Source: a virus
IMG/VR virus record: IMGVR_UViG_3300023174_000053
Coordinates: 1-64,000 of that record
Strand: one strand, 5' to 3'
DNA length: 64,000 nt
Shown here: piece by piece, positions 1 to 10,642 of the stretch
How the letters are laid out: every line of letters begins with the position of its first letter
Numbering within the stretch: the first letter of the stretch is position 1
The notes under the pieces: model-generated
What the model saw: only the letters and a program-made list of their open reading frames with translations
Database searches by the model: none
Told to the model about the DNA's origin: nothing
Program-made: the position numbers and the translations under genes

Positions 1-198
1 AACACCAGAAACAAAAATATTAGTAGCAGTTAAGAATCCTACTGTTGCAACTCCAACATAAGCATTAGTAGCAGTTAAGAATCCAACTGTTGTAACACCA
101 GAAACAAAAATATTAGTAGCAGTTAAGAATCCTACTGTTGCAACTCCAACATAAGCATTAGTAGCAGTTAAGAATCCAACTGTTGTAACACCAGAAAC
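1..198. repeat. Perfect 93-nt tandem repeat (31 aa) inside the fibre gene
   Basis: Unit aacaccagaaac... starts at 1, 94 and 187; it encodes VSGVTTVGFLTATNAYVGVATVGFLTATNIF. Confidence 0.9.
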
Positions 199-1131
199 AT
201 AGGCATCACCTTGAACGTAAAGTTTTGAAGTTGGATTTGTAGTTCCAATACCAAGATTGCCACTAGAAGGATTATATACTAATAGTGTAGTTGCTCCAAA
301 ACCTGTTGTGTTGCCAAATGAAATTGCATAAGAAATATATTGTGCTTGATTGGTCGTATTTGATGAAATAGAAACACTTGAACCTCCACTAACACTACTA
401 CCAGAAATAGTAACATCAACAACTTTAGTTGTAGAATTATAACTAAAAGTATTACCAGAACCAATAAAATTAATAGCAGTAATTACACCAGTAGTAATAT
501 TAGTTCCACCAGACTGAATACCAATACTAAATCCACCAGTAGCAGTTATAATACCAGAAGTATTAACACTAGCAGTTGTAGAAAAACCAAGAGCAGTTGT
601 AGCAGTAGTTGCTGTACCTTGAAAAGTTGGAGCAGTAACAGTACCTATAAATCTTCCAGTACCATTTACATCTAAATTTGCTGTTGGACTATCTGTTCCA
701 ATTCCTAGTCTTTTTGAATTTGGATTATAATAGATGTAATTATATGATGATGATACAGTTGAACTAGTCCCAGATTGAGATTTTGTAAGTAAAATATAAT
801 GAGGTTGAGCATCGTCAATTGAAACAAGTTGATTTGATACCAATCCTGTTAAACTAGCACCAGAACCAACAAAACTAGTAGCACTTACAATACCTGAAAT
901 ATTTGCATTTCCACTTATATTTAATTTTTCAGTTAGAATAGTAGTTCCAATACCAACTGAATAAGAATTTGATACAATTATATTTGATACAACTTTTCCA
1001 CCGATGGAAACATCTGTGCTAATAGCAACAGTTGTTGCATTGATATTTAAATTATTAGGACTTATGATGGTCGGCGTTCCAGTTTGCCCTATTAGGTTTA
1101 AACCTCTTACGCCAAAATCTTTATCTGCCAT
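1..1131 (-). CDS. Tail fibre-like structural protein (N-terminal part; runs off the window edge)
   Basis: Absent from the ORF track. Manual translation from the ATG at 1131 gives MADKDFGVRGLNLIGQTGTPTII..., with GNLGIGTTNPTSKLYVQG motifs and a Thr/Gly/Val-rich 31-aa repeat. Confidence 0.75.
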   Translation of the reverse strand, partial: MADKDFGVRGLNLIGQTGTPTIISPNNLNINATTVAISTDVSIGGKVVSNIIVSNSYSVGIGTTILTEKLNISGNANISGIVSATSFVGSGASLTGLVSNQLVSIDDAQPHYILLTKSQSGTSSTVSSSYNYIYYNPNSKRLGIGTDSPTANLDVNGTGRFIGTVTAPTFQGTATTATTALGFSTTASVNTSGIITATGGFSIGIQSGGTNITTGVITAINFIGSGNTFSYNSTTKVVDVTISGSSVSGGSSVSISSNTTNQAQYISYAISFGNTTGFGATTLLVYNPSSGNLGIGTTNPTSKLYVQGDAYVSGVTTVGFLTATNAYVGVATVGFLTATNIFVSGVTTVGFLTATNAYVGVATVGFLTATNIFVSGV

Positions 1132-1146
1132 CGGTTTTTTAGTTAT

Positions 1147-3063
1147 TTATGTCTGAGTGAAGTAACATCCCGAAAGTATTACACCATTAATTGATGGAAC
1201 TACATCATTCGAGTATGGGTCATATAAAATTCTATTCTCTGCTCCTCTCATATTATAATATCCAGTCCAATATGTTGTTTGTGTATCGTCTATGTACTGG
1301 TCTTGATATAAATTTGTCCCAACCCCAACAGAACCATATGTTTTTAACCATTCTTTTACTTCTTTTGAAGATGCAGTTGGTTTTGTTTGTAAGTAAAGAG
1401 CAACTAATCCAGTCACAACAGGGGCAGCAGCAGAAGTTCCATTAAAATAATGATCGTAAAATCTATTATCATCATATCTTTGATAATCAGTGTAACCAGA
1501 AATACCATTTGTTCCTGGTGCTAAAGTCTCATCTGCAGGTGCCCATACATCAATACCAGGACCATTATTAGAATAATATGCTTTTCTTTCTGTGTAATTA
1601 GAATTTACAAAATCATCCATTGCACCAACACAAACAACAGGATGAAAATCTGTTGTTGAATTAAATCCAATTCCTTGAGGGTTCATCCAATCTCGATGAT
1701 TGCAGGGGCAATTAATCCCACCGAATTCAGGTCTAGGGTCTCCATATAAAAAATACTCATCTTCCATATAATTTAATCTGTCTGGGTCATTAGCACCTAT
1801 TCCCAATCTTTGATTATTATTGCCTGCAGCAGCAACATAAATCACACCTTCTGCCATCATTTCATTAGCGGCAGTATTTGTAGAACTTGAACGAGATGAA
1901 GATGACCAAGACTTATAAGCTCCACTAACTTGATTGGTCAATCCATCTTTCATTGCAGTTACTTGATTTGTAACTGATGCATTACCAACAAAAGTTCCAG
2001 TCACACCTCTAAATTTATATCCAACCGTATTTCCAGATCCAAAAGCTGCTTGATATCCCCAACTACCATTAATTACTGTAGGATTTTTAATACCTGTTTG
2101 TGAATTGATTGATTTATATTTGTGAAACAATTTCATTAAGTTATAATTTAGTTCAATATCCATACCAGTATTATCACTGATACCAGGCATATTCCAAATA
2201 TTTGCTTCAAATGCAAGACCCATGTATTTTCCAGCGGCAAGACCAGCACAAGAAGTTCCGTGACCACTAATTAGAGAATTAGTTCCATTCAATTGTTCTC
2301 CCATTGCTCTGGCAACAGTATATGTTGCTGGAATAGATACTGTTCCTATCGATGCAAATTGTGCTGACCTTTTTGCTCCATTCTCCCACCATTCTTCTGC
2401 AGAAGTTGTTGCAATTCCTACTCTTCCATCTGGTTTTGTATACTTAACTCCAGGTATTACATTATTAAAATAGTCTGGGTCAATATAATAAGGTCCATCT
2501 AAAACAACATCTCTAACTCTAGATTGACCATTTGAATCCAAAAACTCTGGATGATACTGAAGAACACCAGAGTCGTGAATAATAACATCAACATTCTTTC
2601 CAGTCAAACTATAACTTACATCTCCACTTTTTTCTGCAAGTTGTCCAGTCACAGCATTCCAAAAATCTCCATTTGTTTTTATTCCTACTCTTTTAATTGC
2701 CCAATTAGTTCTGCGATTTTCTGCTGAGGTTGGATTTGTTGCTGGAGGACCATTTGGGGAATCCAAATCCCGATAAATTTTTACATTACTTTTAAATCTT
2801 TTTGTGGCGGGTTGAGGTTTTGGATATACTTCTGGATGATCAGTTGGGGATAACTCTATCCATTCAACATAAGGATGATTTTTTAATTTTTCTACTTCAT
2901 CTTCATCTAATTCAAATGTTCCTCTAGTTGGACTATGTAATTTTTTATCAACACACAAAACTTCTCTATCTGGAATGTGCTCACAATTTGAAACTCCACA
3001 TAAAGTATCGTGAATTTCTTTCCAATACTCTGGTTCCGTAACTTTTATTGTATATTTTTTCAT
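1147..3063 (-). CDS. Subtilisin-like (S8) serine protease
   Basis: Catalytic motifs VIIHDSG (Asp), GHGTSCAG (His), AAAGN (oxyanion Asn) and FNGTSAAAPVVTG (Ser). Probable start MKKYT at 3063. Confidence 0.9.
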   Translation of the reverse strand: MKKYTIKVTEPEYWKEIHDTLCGVSNCEHIPDREVLCVDKKLHSPTRGTFELDEDEVEKLKNHPYVEWIELSPTDHPEVYPKPQPATKRFKSNVKIYRDLDSPNGPPATNPTSAENRRTNWAIKRVGIKTNGDFWNAVTGQLAEKSGDVSYSLTGKNVDVIIHDSGVLQYHPEFLDSNGQSRVRDVVLDGPYYIDPDYFNNVIPGVKYTKPDGRVGIATTSAEEWWENGAKRSAQFASIGTVSIPATYTVARAMGEQLNGTNSLISGHGTSCAGLAAGKYMGLAFEANIWNMPGISDNTGMDIELNYNLMKLFHKYKSINSQTGIKNPTVINGSWGYQAAFGSGNTVGYKFRGVTGTFVGNASVTNQVTAMKDGLTNQVSGAYKSWSSSSRSSSTNTAANEMMAEGVIYVAAAGNNNQRLGIGANDPDRLNYMEDEYFLYGDPRPEFGGINCPCNHRDWMNPQGIGFNSTTDFHPVVCVGAMDDFVNSNYTERKAYYSNNGPGIDVWAPADETLAPGTNGISGYTDYQRYDDNRFYDHYFNGTSAAAPVVTGLVALYLQTKPTASSKEVKEWLKTYGSVGVGTNLYQDQYIDDTQTTYWTGYYNMRGAENRILYDPYSNDVVPSINGVILSGCYFTQT

Positions 3064-3064
3064 A

Positions 3065-4735
3065 TCAAAGCAACGTATTTCTCGCAAATCTATAAGTTGT
3101 CAAACCACTAACACCAGTTTGTGGAGTTGCTTGAAGAATACAATTCCCTCCACTAATTGTTGCTCCAATAGAAACAAGTAATGAATTATCATACATTACT
3201 GCATATTCTTGCGAATATGCAGTAGTTTGATTTTGCGTTATAAGAACCTTTTGTGCCTGAATATAAGAACCAAAACCAATATGAACTGTGTATTCGGCAA
3301 TCTTAAAGTCAGTAGAAGAAACAGAGAAACTATCTAATGTTGTAGAAACACCAACAGATGCAGTAAATGTTCCAACTCCAGTTTTTATTCCATAAGTCTC
3401 AACTTGAAGAGATGTCTTTGGATTTGTGGTTCCAATACCCAAATTTCCACTTGATGGAATATAAGTTAATGTACTACTTACTAAATTAGATGTTATAGTT
3501 CCACTAGTGGCACTTATAAACCCAATATATTGTGGAACAGTTGTAGAAGAAGTTGATACTGTATTAGATAATAAACCAGTTAGATTGGAACCAGAACCAG
3601 AAAATGAAGTTGCAGTAACTACTCCAGTAAATCTACCACCACCAATAACATGAAGGTTTGATGTTGGATTTGTGGTTCCAATACCAACAAAACCTGTGAT
3701 AAAAGTATCTCCAGATACTTGAAGTTTTGAGGTTCCTGTTTGTATTCCAGAACCAATTACTACTGGTCCACTAGTGAATGTAGAAAATCCAGTAACGGTC
3801 AAATTATCAAGTATTTGACCAGTGTTTGCTATAGACCCAGTAATATTAATATCATAAGTTCCAGTCAATCTTGCTCTTGCTATTGTACCAGTTGTTATGC
3901 CAGATGCGTCGGCAAGATTTGTAGCAGTAATTGCTGTTGATGCTATACCAACAAGACTTCCTACAAAACTAGAAGCAGTTATAATACCAGAAGTATTGAT
4001 ACTAGAAGTCGTAGAGAATCCAAGAGCAGTTGTTGCTGTTGATGCTATACCAGTAAGACTTCCTACAAAACCTCCAGTAGAAGTTATAATACCTGTAGTA
4101 TTAATACTAGCAGTTGTAGAGAACCCAAGAGCAGTTGTTGCTGTGGTAGCAGTTCCAGTAATTGTTCCTGATACTTTCATACTACCAACAACTTCAAGAG
4201 TTGCTGTTGGAACTGTGGTTCCTATACCAACACTTCCACTTGAATATACAAAATCAGTTGCTCCTGCCAAAAATCCATTACTTGCCTTGTAGGGTATTGA
4301 ATTTACGTTTCCTGGTCCAACTAAATCTGTTACAGTAATTCTAACTGTTGCAATGCCAGTTTGTAAGTTTGGATCAGAACTAACTGAATCAACGGTTACA
4401 CCACTACCAACAAAATTAAACTTATTAAAACTATTTGCAGCACCAACTTGAATATTATTATTGAATACAGTAAAAGAACCAGGAATTAGACCAGTACTAC
4501 TGAGAGATGAAGTATCAACCCAATATCTTTTTCCAGTATTTCCACCAGCAGCAATTAAAACATATTTACTTCCACCAATTGGAGCAGGATTTGCTCCAAT
4601 AGAAGAAAGTCCAACTAATGGATCTCCTAAATCTGGTTCTGCTTGATCTAGACCCAAAAATTCATAACGGTCTGTCGTAAGACCAGTTTGAGATTTCTTT
4701 TTAACTCTCTTGCTGAGAAATCCTGGAGTTGCCAT
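3065..4735 (-). CDS. Tail fibre-like structural protein
   Basis: Repeated VGIGTTNP...L.V.G motifs and TATTALGFSTT repeats; C-terminal domain of the kind seen in cyanomyovirus fibre proteins. Confidence 0.7.
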   Translation of the reverse strand: MATPGFLSKRVKKKSQTGLTTDRYEFLGLDQAEPDLGDPLVGLSSIGANPAPIGGSKYVLIAAGGNTGKRYWVDTSSLSSTGLIPGSFTVFNNNIQVGAANSFNKFNFVGSGVTVDSVSSDPNLQTGIATVRITVTDLVGPGNVNSIPYKASNGFLAGATDFVYSSGSVGIGTTVPTATLEVVGSMKVSGTITGTATTATTALGFSTTASINTTGIITSTGGFVGSLTGIASTATTALGFSTTSSINTSGIITASSFVGSLVGIASTAITATNLADASGITTGTIARARLTGTYDINITGSIANTGQILDNLTVTGFSTFTSGPVVIGSGIQTGTSKLQVSGDTFITGFVGIGTTNPTSNLHVIGGGRFTGVVTATSFSGSGSNLTGLLSNTVSTSSTTVPQYIGFISATSGTITSNLVSSTLTYIPSSGNLGIGTTNPKTSLQVETYGIKTGVGTFTASVGVSTTLDSFSVSSTDFKIAEYTVHIGFGSYIQAQKVLITQNQTTAYSQEYAVMYDNSLLVSIGATISGGNCILQATPQTGVSGLTTYRFARNTLL

Positions 4736-4742
4736 TTATCTA

Positions 4743-5105
4743 TTATTGATTTGAGGTTTCAAGAATGCTTGTAATAAACTTAAGTTTTGCTGGAGTTGTA
4801 CTTGCACTTCCGCTGATTGAAATGAAATCACCAGTTTCCAATACCAATTTACCAGGTAATAGATTTGCTGTATCGTTTGCTGGAATATAAAAATCTTTTA
4901 CGATTTCTGTGGTTACAGTTGAACCAGAACTTACACGATTATGATACCAACTAATCGATTGAGTACTAGTACTAATATTAGCACACTGTGCTAATAGAAA
5001 TACTCCAACATATCCTGCGGGTGCTGTATAAACAAGATCAGTCGTCAACCCAACAACTTTGGTATATGTTTTAAAATTATTTACTGCTGCTGCCGCAATT
5101 GCCAT
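4743..5105 (-). CDS. Small virion structural protein (fibre-associated)
   Basis: 120 aa, beta-rich, with a GKLVLETGD motif; lies between fibre genes. Confidence 0.5.
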   Translation of the reverse strand: MAIAAAAVNNFKTYTKVVGLTTDLVYTAPAGYVGVFLLAQCANISTSTQSISWYHNRVSSGSTVTTEIVKDFYIPANDTANLLPGKLVLETGDFISISGSASTTPAKLKFITSILETSNQ

Positions 5106-5120
5106 TTCTAATAATCCTCC

Positions 5121-8100
5121 TTAATCTGATAGTGCAAGAATAAATGGTGTCATAGTAGTGAATAGTGCTTTTGTAAAATCTCTACCTGATATTTGACCTG
5201 TTGATTGGTTAATCACAACACCATCACCAATATTAAAATTACCTGATTGGTCTGTACTTGTATAAGTTACAGTTCCACCGTCAATTTGAACTACTTTATT
5301 TTCAGGGATTACAACACCACCAAGAGCAGGTTTTGCTGTAAAAATGTTTGTACCAGCACCAACGTGTTCGAATGAAATTGTAGATGCGAGTTGTAAACTT
5401 CCCCTTGCAAAATAGACAGTTGTTCCAGCACTAACTGTATTATTTAGTGTCTGTAAAAATGTGACCGTAGAAATACCAGCAGACGGTAAAGTTGCAGCAG
5501 CAACCTTATAATAAATTGGTTGATAATTAGAAATAGATGCTGTTGCTGTTGTTCCTGCTCCTGCTGGACCTGCGATTGTAACTGATGCCCCAACCCCCAA
5601 ATATTGAGAACCAGCATTCAAAACGTTAATTGCAGTGACTGAACCATTTACAACTGTTGCTGATGCTTGTGCTGCAACTCCATTTGGACCAGTTGGAGCA
5701 CTAATCGTAACAGTTGGTTGTCCAGTATAACCAGAACCACCACCATCTACTCGAATGGAATTGATATTGTAATATAAAGTTCCAAAATAGCAAGACTGGC
5801 CATCATAAGGACGATTGGTTCCAACACCAGAAATCGTAATTACATTCGATCTTACTGTTGCTTCTGTTGTTGCTGTTCCAGTATAACGGTAAATTGACCT
5901 TGTTGTATTATTTCCCACACCAGTCGCATAAAGTCCATAGTTACCAAAGGACGAATTGGAGTTTGTAATATCACACTGCCCACCAGATGATGTATAAATC
6001 GCAATATCATCACAAATCGTAAAGATAGAAACTAACTGTGCATATCCACCATTTGTAATTGAAACTCCAATACCACCTTGATTGTATTGTGTATAACTAT
6101 CGACACTCATTGAACCAGTTACACCAATATCAGTTTGGTCTCCTGGTTCTGCATCAAATCCATTAACTTTGAGACCAATACTATTTGCAATAAAGTTAGT
6201 GCAGTTACGAATATAAGGTCCCTTATCAATATTTCCAACACCTGGTGAATATGTATTTACTCCAATTTTTGATGAAGACCAATTATTACTTGTTTGTCCG
6301 TCATAATCTGCTGGATATGTAGTATTAATTCCTGCACCACCAAGAGCACCCAATCCGTTATTAATAACTGTTGTAATAATACCAACACAAGAGTAAATTG
6401 CTGATGTAACATTCGCACAACCACTTATACTTTGATTACCATATGCACCATCGGGTTGCATACTCAAATCTTTTACTTGTGTGTAATACGTTTGATAATT
6501 TCCACCAGTTGTTTTTGCAAAAGAAACATTATTGATACAAGACCTTGCAATTCCAACAGCATAATTTAGTGCATCAATTGTCTCTGTCTTCACTCCGACA
6601 ATATGTTGAAGTGCTCCTGCTTCTGTATAATATGATTTACCTGCTCCAACAGACTTAGAATTCCCACCTCTCGTAATATCAAAACAAACTGCTTTAAAAA
6701 TTGATACAATATCTTCCTTACAATTTCTTATTGTACTTACACCAATTGTAAATGCTGGACTTCTATAATCAGTACTTGTCAAATACCCTACAGTTTCATT
6801 TGCAATAAAATCAAGATTCAATCTAATCATTCTTGCACCATCAAAGAATCTATTTGATGAAACACCAGATAATGGAACAAATGATACAACTGATGCACCA
6901 TTAGTTGCAGGAGAACCATTAAAATTCAGGTTCGTCATATGACAACCGTTATTCACATAGAACAAATCCAAACCTGGATTTTGAGGAGTTACGGTACAGT
7001 TGCGAAGTTCTGTTCCTTGAATAGAAACATTTGCTGCTAATGTGATTGGGTTATTCTCAACAAAAGTTCCAGGAAAGACTTTAATTGTATCACCAGGTAA
7101 TGCAAGTGCTGCTGCTGCCTTTATTGTTCTCTTTGCATCACTTTCCACCAAACCAGTATTTGTATCACTTCCCAAATAAGAAACATAAATTGTTTTTCCA
7201 ATTGAAGTTTTGATTCCAACTTGAACTGTTCCTTTTCCAAGTAACTGAGAAGACGTTAAAGTAATACCAGTCCCTACCGTAAGTTGCGTTACAATTCCAA
7301 CTAAATTAATACCACTTCCAGAAAAGAAAGACCCAGTAACAATTCCAGCAGAACTCAATTGACTTACAGTAGTAACACCAAGAGTTGTAATTCCAGAAAC
7401 ATAAAGACTAGATGCTGTAATAAAACCTACTGTTGTGATACCAGGACCAACAGAAAGTTGTGTTACGGAAGCAATACCACCAATAACATTTACTGCTGTC
7501 GTTGCTGTGGATGCTTGAGAATCACCAGTAATACTTATATCATAAGTTCCAGTTAATCTTGCTCTTGCTATTGTGCCAGTTGTTATACCAGATGCATTTG
7601 AAAGATTACTAGCAGTTGTAGCAGTTCCAGTAAGATTTCCACTAAATGTGGTTGCAGTAATTATACCTGTACTAATATTAATTTCATTTATAGTTGCAAC
7701 ACCAATATAAGCATTCGTAATTGAAGCAAACCCAATAGTTGCTATTCCAACACTTGCAATTCCGGTATTGATATAATCAAGAGAAGTAATACCTAGTCCT
7801 TTGATATAGTCGGCACTTAAACTAGTAATACCAGCATTACTGATATTTTCTAACGTAGTTGCTGTTAAGACTCCAATTCTTGCATTTGGTGTAGAAATAC
7901 TAGATGCCGTTAAAAATCCTACAGTCGAAGTTCCAGAAACTCTAATATTAGTTGCGGTTAAAAATACTACAGTCGCAAGTCCAATATAAGCATTTTTTGT
8001 TGTAGAAAATCCAATCGTTGCGGTATTTGTTACTGTTAGTGATGTAACTGTTGTAATACCTAAAGTAGAAAATCCAGTAATGTTTAGACTTGTTCCAGTA

Positions 8101-8645
8101 ACATTACCACCAGAAAGATTTGTAGCAGTAGTCGCAGTTCCTGCATTTCCCAAAATGCCAATATTATAAGTTCCTGGTGCTAAATTAGATGCAGTAGCAG
8201 CAGAAGAAACAGTAATATTATATGTTCCAGTTAATCTTGCTGGATTTATAGTACCAGCAAGAATATTTTCCGCATAATTTAAAGAATCTGCTGATGCCGC
8301 ATTACCTTTAATATTAATATCATAAGTCCTACCATTCAATCTATCACTACTAATAAAACCAGAAGTTATATTCGCAGCATTTGTAAGTATATTTGCACTA
8401 TTTACATCAATTCCATAATAACCAGATAGTCTATCACTACTAATAAAACCAGAAGTTATATTCGCAGCATTATTTAATCTATCAGCAGTTGCTGCGTTTC
8501 CTTCTAAACTTCCAACAAACTTAGTTGCGGTTATAGTTGTAGCACCAACAATACCACTATTTTGGAGATTTAAATTATCACCAGAAGCCAACTCCTCAAT
8601 TTGTTTGGATGTTGGATTGGCTATAAGTGGAAATCTGTCCGTCAT
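5121..8645 (-). CDS. Long tail fibre/tailspike with a beta-helix (pectin-lyase-like) domain
   Basis: N-terminal repeats, followed by IYVS..GSDTNTG...KRTIKAA...PGDTIKVFPGTFVENNPI (typical beta-helix cap) and a GGSGYTGQPTVTIS repeat. Confidence 0.7.
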   Translation of the reverse strand: MTDRFPLIANPTSKQIEELASGDNLNLQNSGIVGATTITATKFVGSLEGNAATADRLNNAANITSGFISSDRLSGYYGIDVNSANILTNAANITSGFISSDRLNGRTYDINIKGNAASADSLNYAENILAGTINPARLTGTYNITVSSAATASNLAPGTYNIGILGNAGTATTATNLSGGNVTGTSLNITGFSTLGITTVTSLTVTNTATIGFSTTKNAYIGLATVVFLTATNIRVSGTSTVGFLTASSISTPNARIGVLTATTLENISNAGITSLSADYIKGLGITSLDYINTGIASVGIATIGFASITNAYIGVATINEINISTGIITATTFSGNLTGTATTASNLSNASGITTGTIARARLTGTYDISITGDSQASTATTAVNVIGGIASVTQLSVGPGITTVGFITASSLYVSGITTLGVTTVSQLSSAGIVTGSFFSGSGINLVGIVTQLTVGTGITLTSSQLLGKGTVQVGIKTSIGKTIYVSYLGSDTNTGLVESDAKRTIKAAAALALPGDTIKVFPGTFVENNPITLAANVSIQGTELRNCTVTPQNPGLDLFYVNNGCHMTNLNFNGSPATNGASVVSFVPLSGVSSNRFFDGARMIRLNLDFIANETVGYLTSTDYRSPAFTIGVSTIRNCKEDIVSIFKAVCFDITRGGNSKSVGAGKSYYTEAGALQHIVGVKTETIDALNYAVGIARSCINNVSFAKTTGGNYQTYYTQVKDLSMQPDGAYGNQSISGCANVTSAIYSCVGIITTVINNGLGALGGAGINTTYPADYDGQTSNNWSSSKIGVNTYSPGVGNIDKGPYIRNCTNFIANSIGLKVNGFDAEPGDQTDIGVTGSMSVDSYTQYNQGGIGVSITNGGYAQLVSIFTICDDIAIYTSSGGQCDITNSNSSFGNYGLYATGVGNNTTRSIYRYTGTATTEATVRSNVITISGVGTNRPYDGQSCYFGTLYYNINSIRVDGGGSGYTGQPTVTISAPTGPNGVAAQASATVVNGSVTAINVLNAGSQYLGVGASVTIAGPAGAGTTATASISNYQPIYYKVAAATLPSAGISTVTFLQTLNNTVSAGTTVYFARGSLQLASTISFEHVGAGTNIFTAKPALGGVVIPENKVVQIDGGTVTYTSTDQSGNFNIGDGVVINQSTGQISGRDFTKALFTTMTPFILALSD

Positions 8646-8703
8646 TACTTATTGCGGGTACTTTTTTTCTTATAATATATAGGTTTCATTCTATAGAGCA
8701 TTT

Positions 8704-10599
8704 TTAAACAGTTCCAACACCAACAGTAGAAGAAGATGTTTTCCCAGTATCGGGGTTGAAATAATATGTTGGTGGTTCATATTGTTTCAAGTCTGTTGCT
8801 CGTAATGCTGCGAGTTCTGTTTTGAGTTTATTAATCTCAACATCACCATAAACTCTTCCTTGAAGAACAGCAAATGCCTGTCCTTCCATCTTATCTCGTA
8901 TACTTCTCAAAGCACTTGCTGATGCGATTAAACTATCAATCTTCGGAGTGTTTCTAGCAATAATCGCATCTCTACTTAATTCTTCGTTATCAATAGCAGT
9001 TTGTAAAGCAGAACAACCAGAGAAAGTAGGATTATTTGAAGATGTGCCTGTATAACCAATACCAAAAGGAGATGTAAGACCAACTCCAACATTAACTATA
9101 GTTCCCTCTTGTACATATGAAGATGATATTCCTGTTATAGGTAAAGAATGTCCACTAGTATCATAAGTGTAAGTAATCATAACAGGCCAAGAAGTGTTGC
9201 CTGGATAATATCTTGCATACCCAGCACCACAAGCAGGTTCTGGGTATGTTGCTCTTAAATATCTTTCATTATCATTTAATTGTGCGTCTGTTTTGTCTTC
9301 AAAACTAGAAGTCATTACCGATTTCCATTGAAAAGGACCAACGGAACTTCCATTATTCACTCTTACTAACTTATGACCCAAACCAAGTGTATTATTTCCC
9401 ATAATTCCAACAGTTACTGGGTCTATAGGATTATTGGAATAATCAAATGTAGTTGCTTCAGTTTGCGTAGTTCTTATATCTGTAAAATTAGTATTAGTTG
9501 CTGCCTTTATAGAAGTACCACTTAAAATTACTGACGGAAATGTGGATAAAATACCAACAGTAAATATTCCATTTGTAGTGCTGCCAATTGCTGCAACACT
9601 TACAATTAAACTTTTTACAGATACTGATGTGCTTATCATTGACCCAATACCAGCACCACCATAATTTGGGTTCCAAACAGTTTGAGTTGTAGTTGTAGTT
9701 CCAATTCCAGCAACTTTTGTATTTGATACCAAAACACCAGAAAGACTTATCGTATCTCCAACATTAATAGCACCAGTAGTTCCAATTCCAGTATGTGCGA
9801 TAATTGTAGAACCAACACTAATTTTACCACTAAATTGTGTAGAAGTTCCTACAATTGCTGTAGTTCCAAATCCAACAATTGAAGGTAAGTTCGCAGAAGA
9901 AAATACTGTTGGATTATCTACATTATCAGTAATTGTATCTCCAACTTGTAAATTGGATGTACCATCACTACTTATTATTGCTAAACTTGTACTTCCTATA
10001 CTAATAGTGCCTAAAAATTCCTTAACAATATTTGCACCATAATCCTGGTTCTGTGGTTTTCTGTAATACTTTGCCCCATAATAACCATAATCGGTTCTTA
10101 CATTTGGATTTTTCTTACATTCATATATCGTATCATAGGAAGTAATCCCAAACCAATCATATTCTTTTGTTCCTATAAGTTCCCAATACAAATCACTTTT
10201 ACAACCAGCAGTAATTCTAGTATCATAAGCAGTTTTTACTGATCCAATCGCAACATTAATCTCTTCAACAAGAGGTATAATTTCTCTATCAATATTTTGA
10301 ATAAGAGCATCAAAACGATCAATCTTAACATCCATAATTGTTAATTGATCTTTTAGCATCTCAACTTCTGCGAGTTTTCTGTCTAATTCTGTTTGGTGAT
10401 CTGCTATAATAGTTGCTGTAATTGATGTATCACTATTCCCTACACCTAATCTTTTGTTGTCTAATTGTCCTTGAAGAGCATTTACATTATTTGATGGTTT
10501 CTTATAATATTCTTGAGATTGTCCAGTAGATGCAAAGTATTGCGAAACTGTGGAATTAATCTCTTGTATTTCAGCAATATAATCTCTTTCATTAGCCAT
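8704..10599 (-). CDS. Putative virion structural protein (coiled-coil ends, Gly/Thr-rich middle)
   Basis: 631-aa ORF in the baseplate/fibre block. Confidence 0.45.
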   Translation of the reverse strand: MANERDYIAEIQEINSTVSQYFASTGQSQEYYKKPSNNVNALQGQLDNKRLGVGNSDTSITATIIADHQTELDRKLAEVEMLKDQLTIMDVKIDRFDALIQNIDREIIPLVEEINVAIGSVKTAYDTRITAGCKSDLYWELIGTKEYDWFGITSYDTIYECKKNPNVRTDYGYYGAKYYRKPQNQDYGANIVKEFLGTISIGSTSLAIISSDGTSNLQVGDTITDNVDNPTVFSSANLPSIVGFGTTAIVGTSTQFSGKISVGSTIIAHTGIGTTGAINVGDTISLSGVLVSNTKVAGIGTTTTTQTVWNPNYGGAGIGSMISTSVSVKSLIVSVAAIGSTTNGIFTVGILSTFPSVILSGTSIKAATNTNFTDIRTTQTEATTFDYSNNPIDPVTVGIMGNNTLGLGHKLVRVNNGSSVGPFQWKSVMTSSFEDKTDAQLNDNERYLRATYPEPACGAGYARYYPGNTSWPVMITYTYDTSGHSLPITGISSSYVQEGTIVNVGVGLTSPFGIGYTGTSSNNPTFSGCSALQTAIDNEELSRDAIIARNTPKIDSLIASASALRSIRDKMEGQAFAVLQGRVYGDVEINKLKTELAALRATDLKQYEPPTYYFNPDTGKTSSSTVGVGTV

Positions 10600-10642
10600 A
10601 ATAATTAATTATATTCTCTTTTTTTATAATAATTAAACATAT

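Noticed and set aside
1-8645. Fibre repeats as template/variable regions of a diversity-generating retroelement
   Set aside because: There is no reverse transcriptase in the window, and the differences between copies are synonymous rather than adenine-specific.
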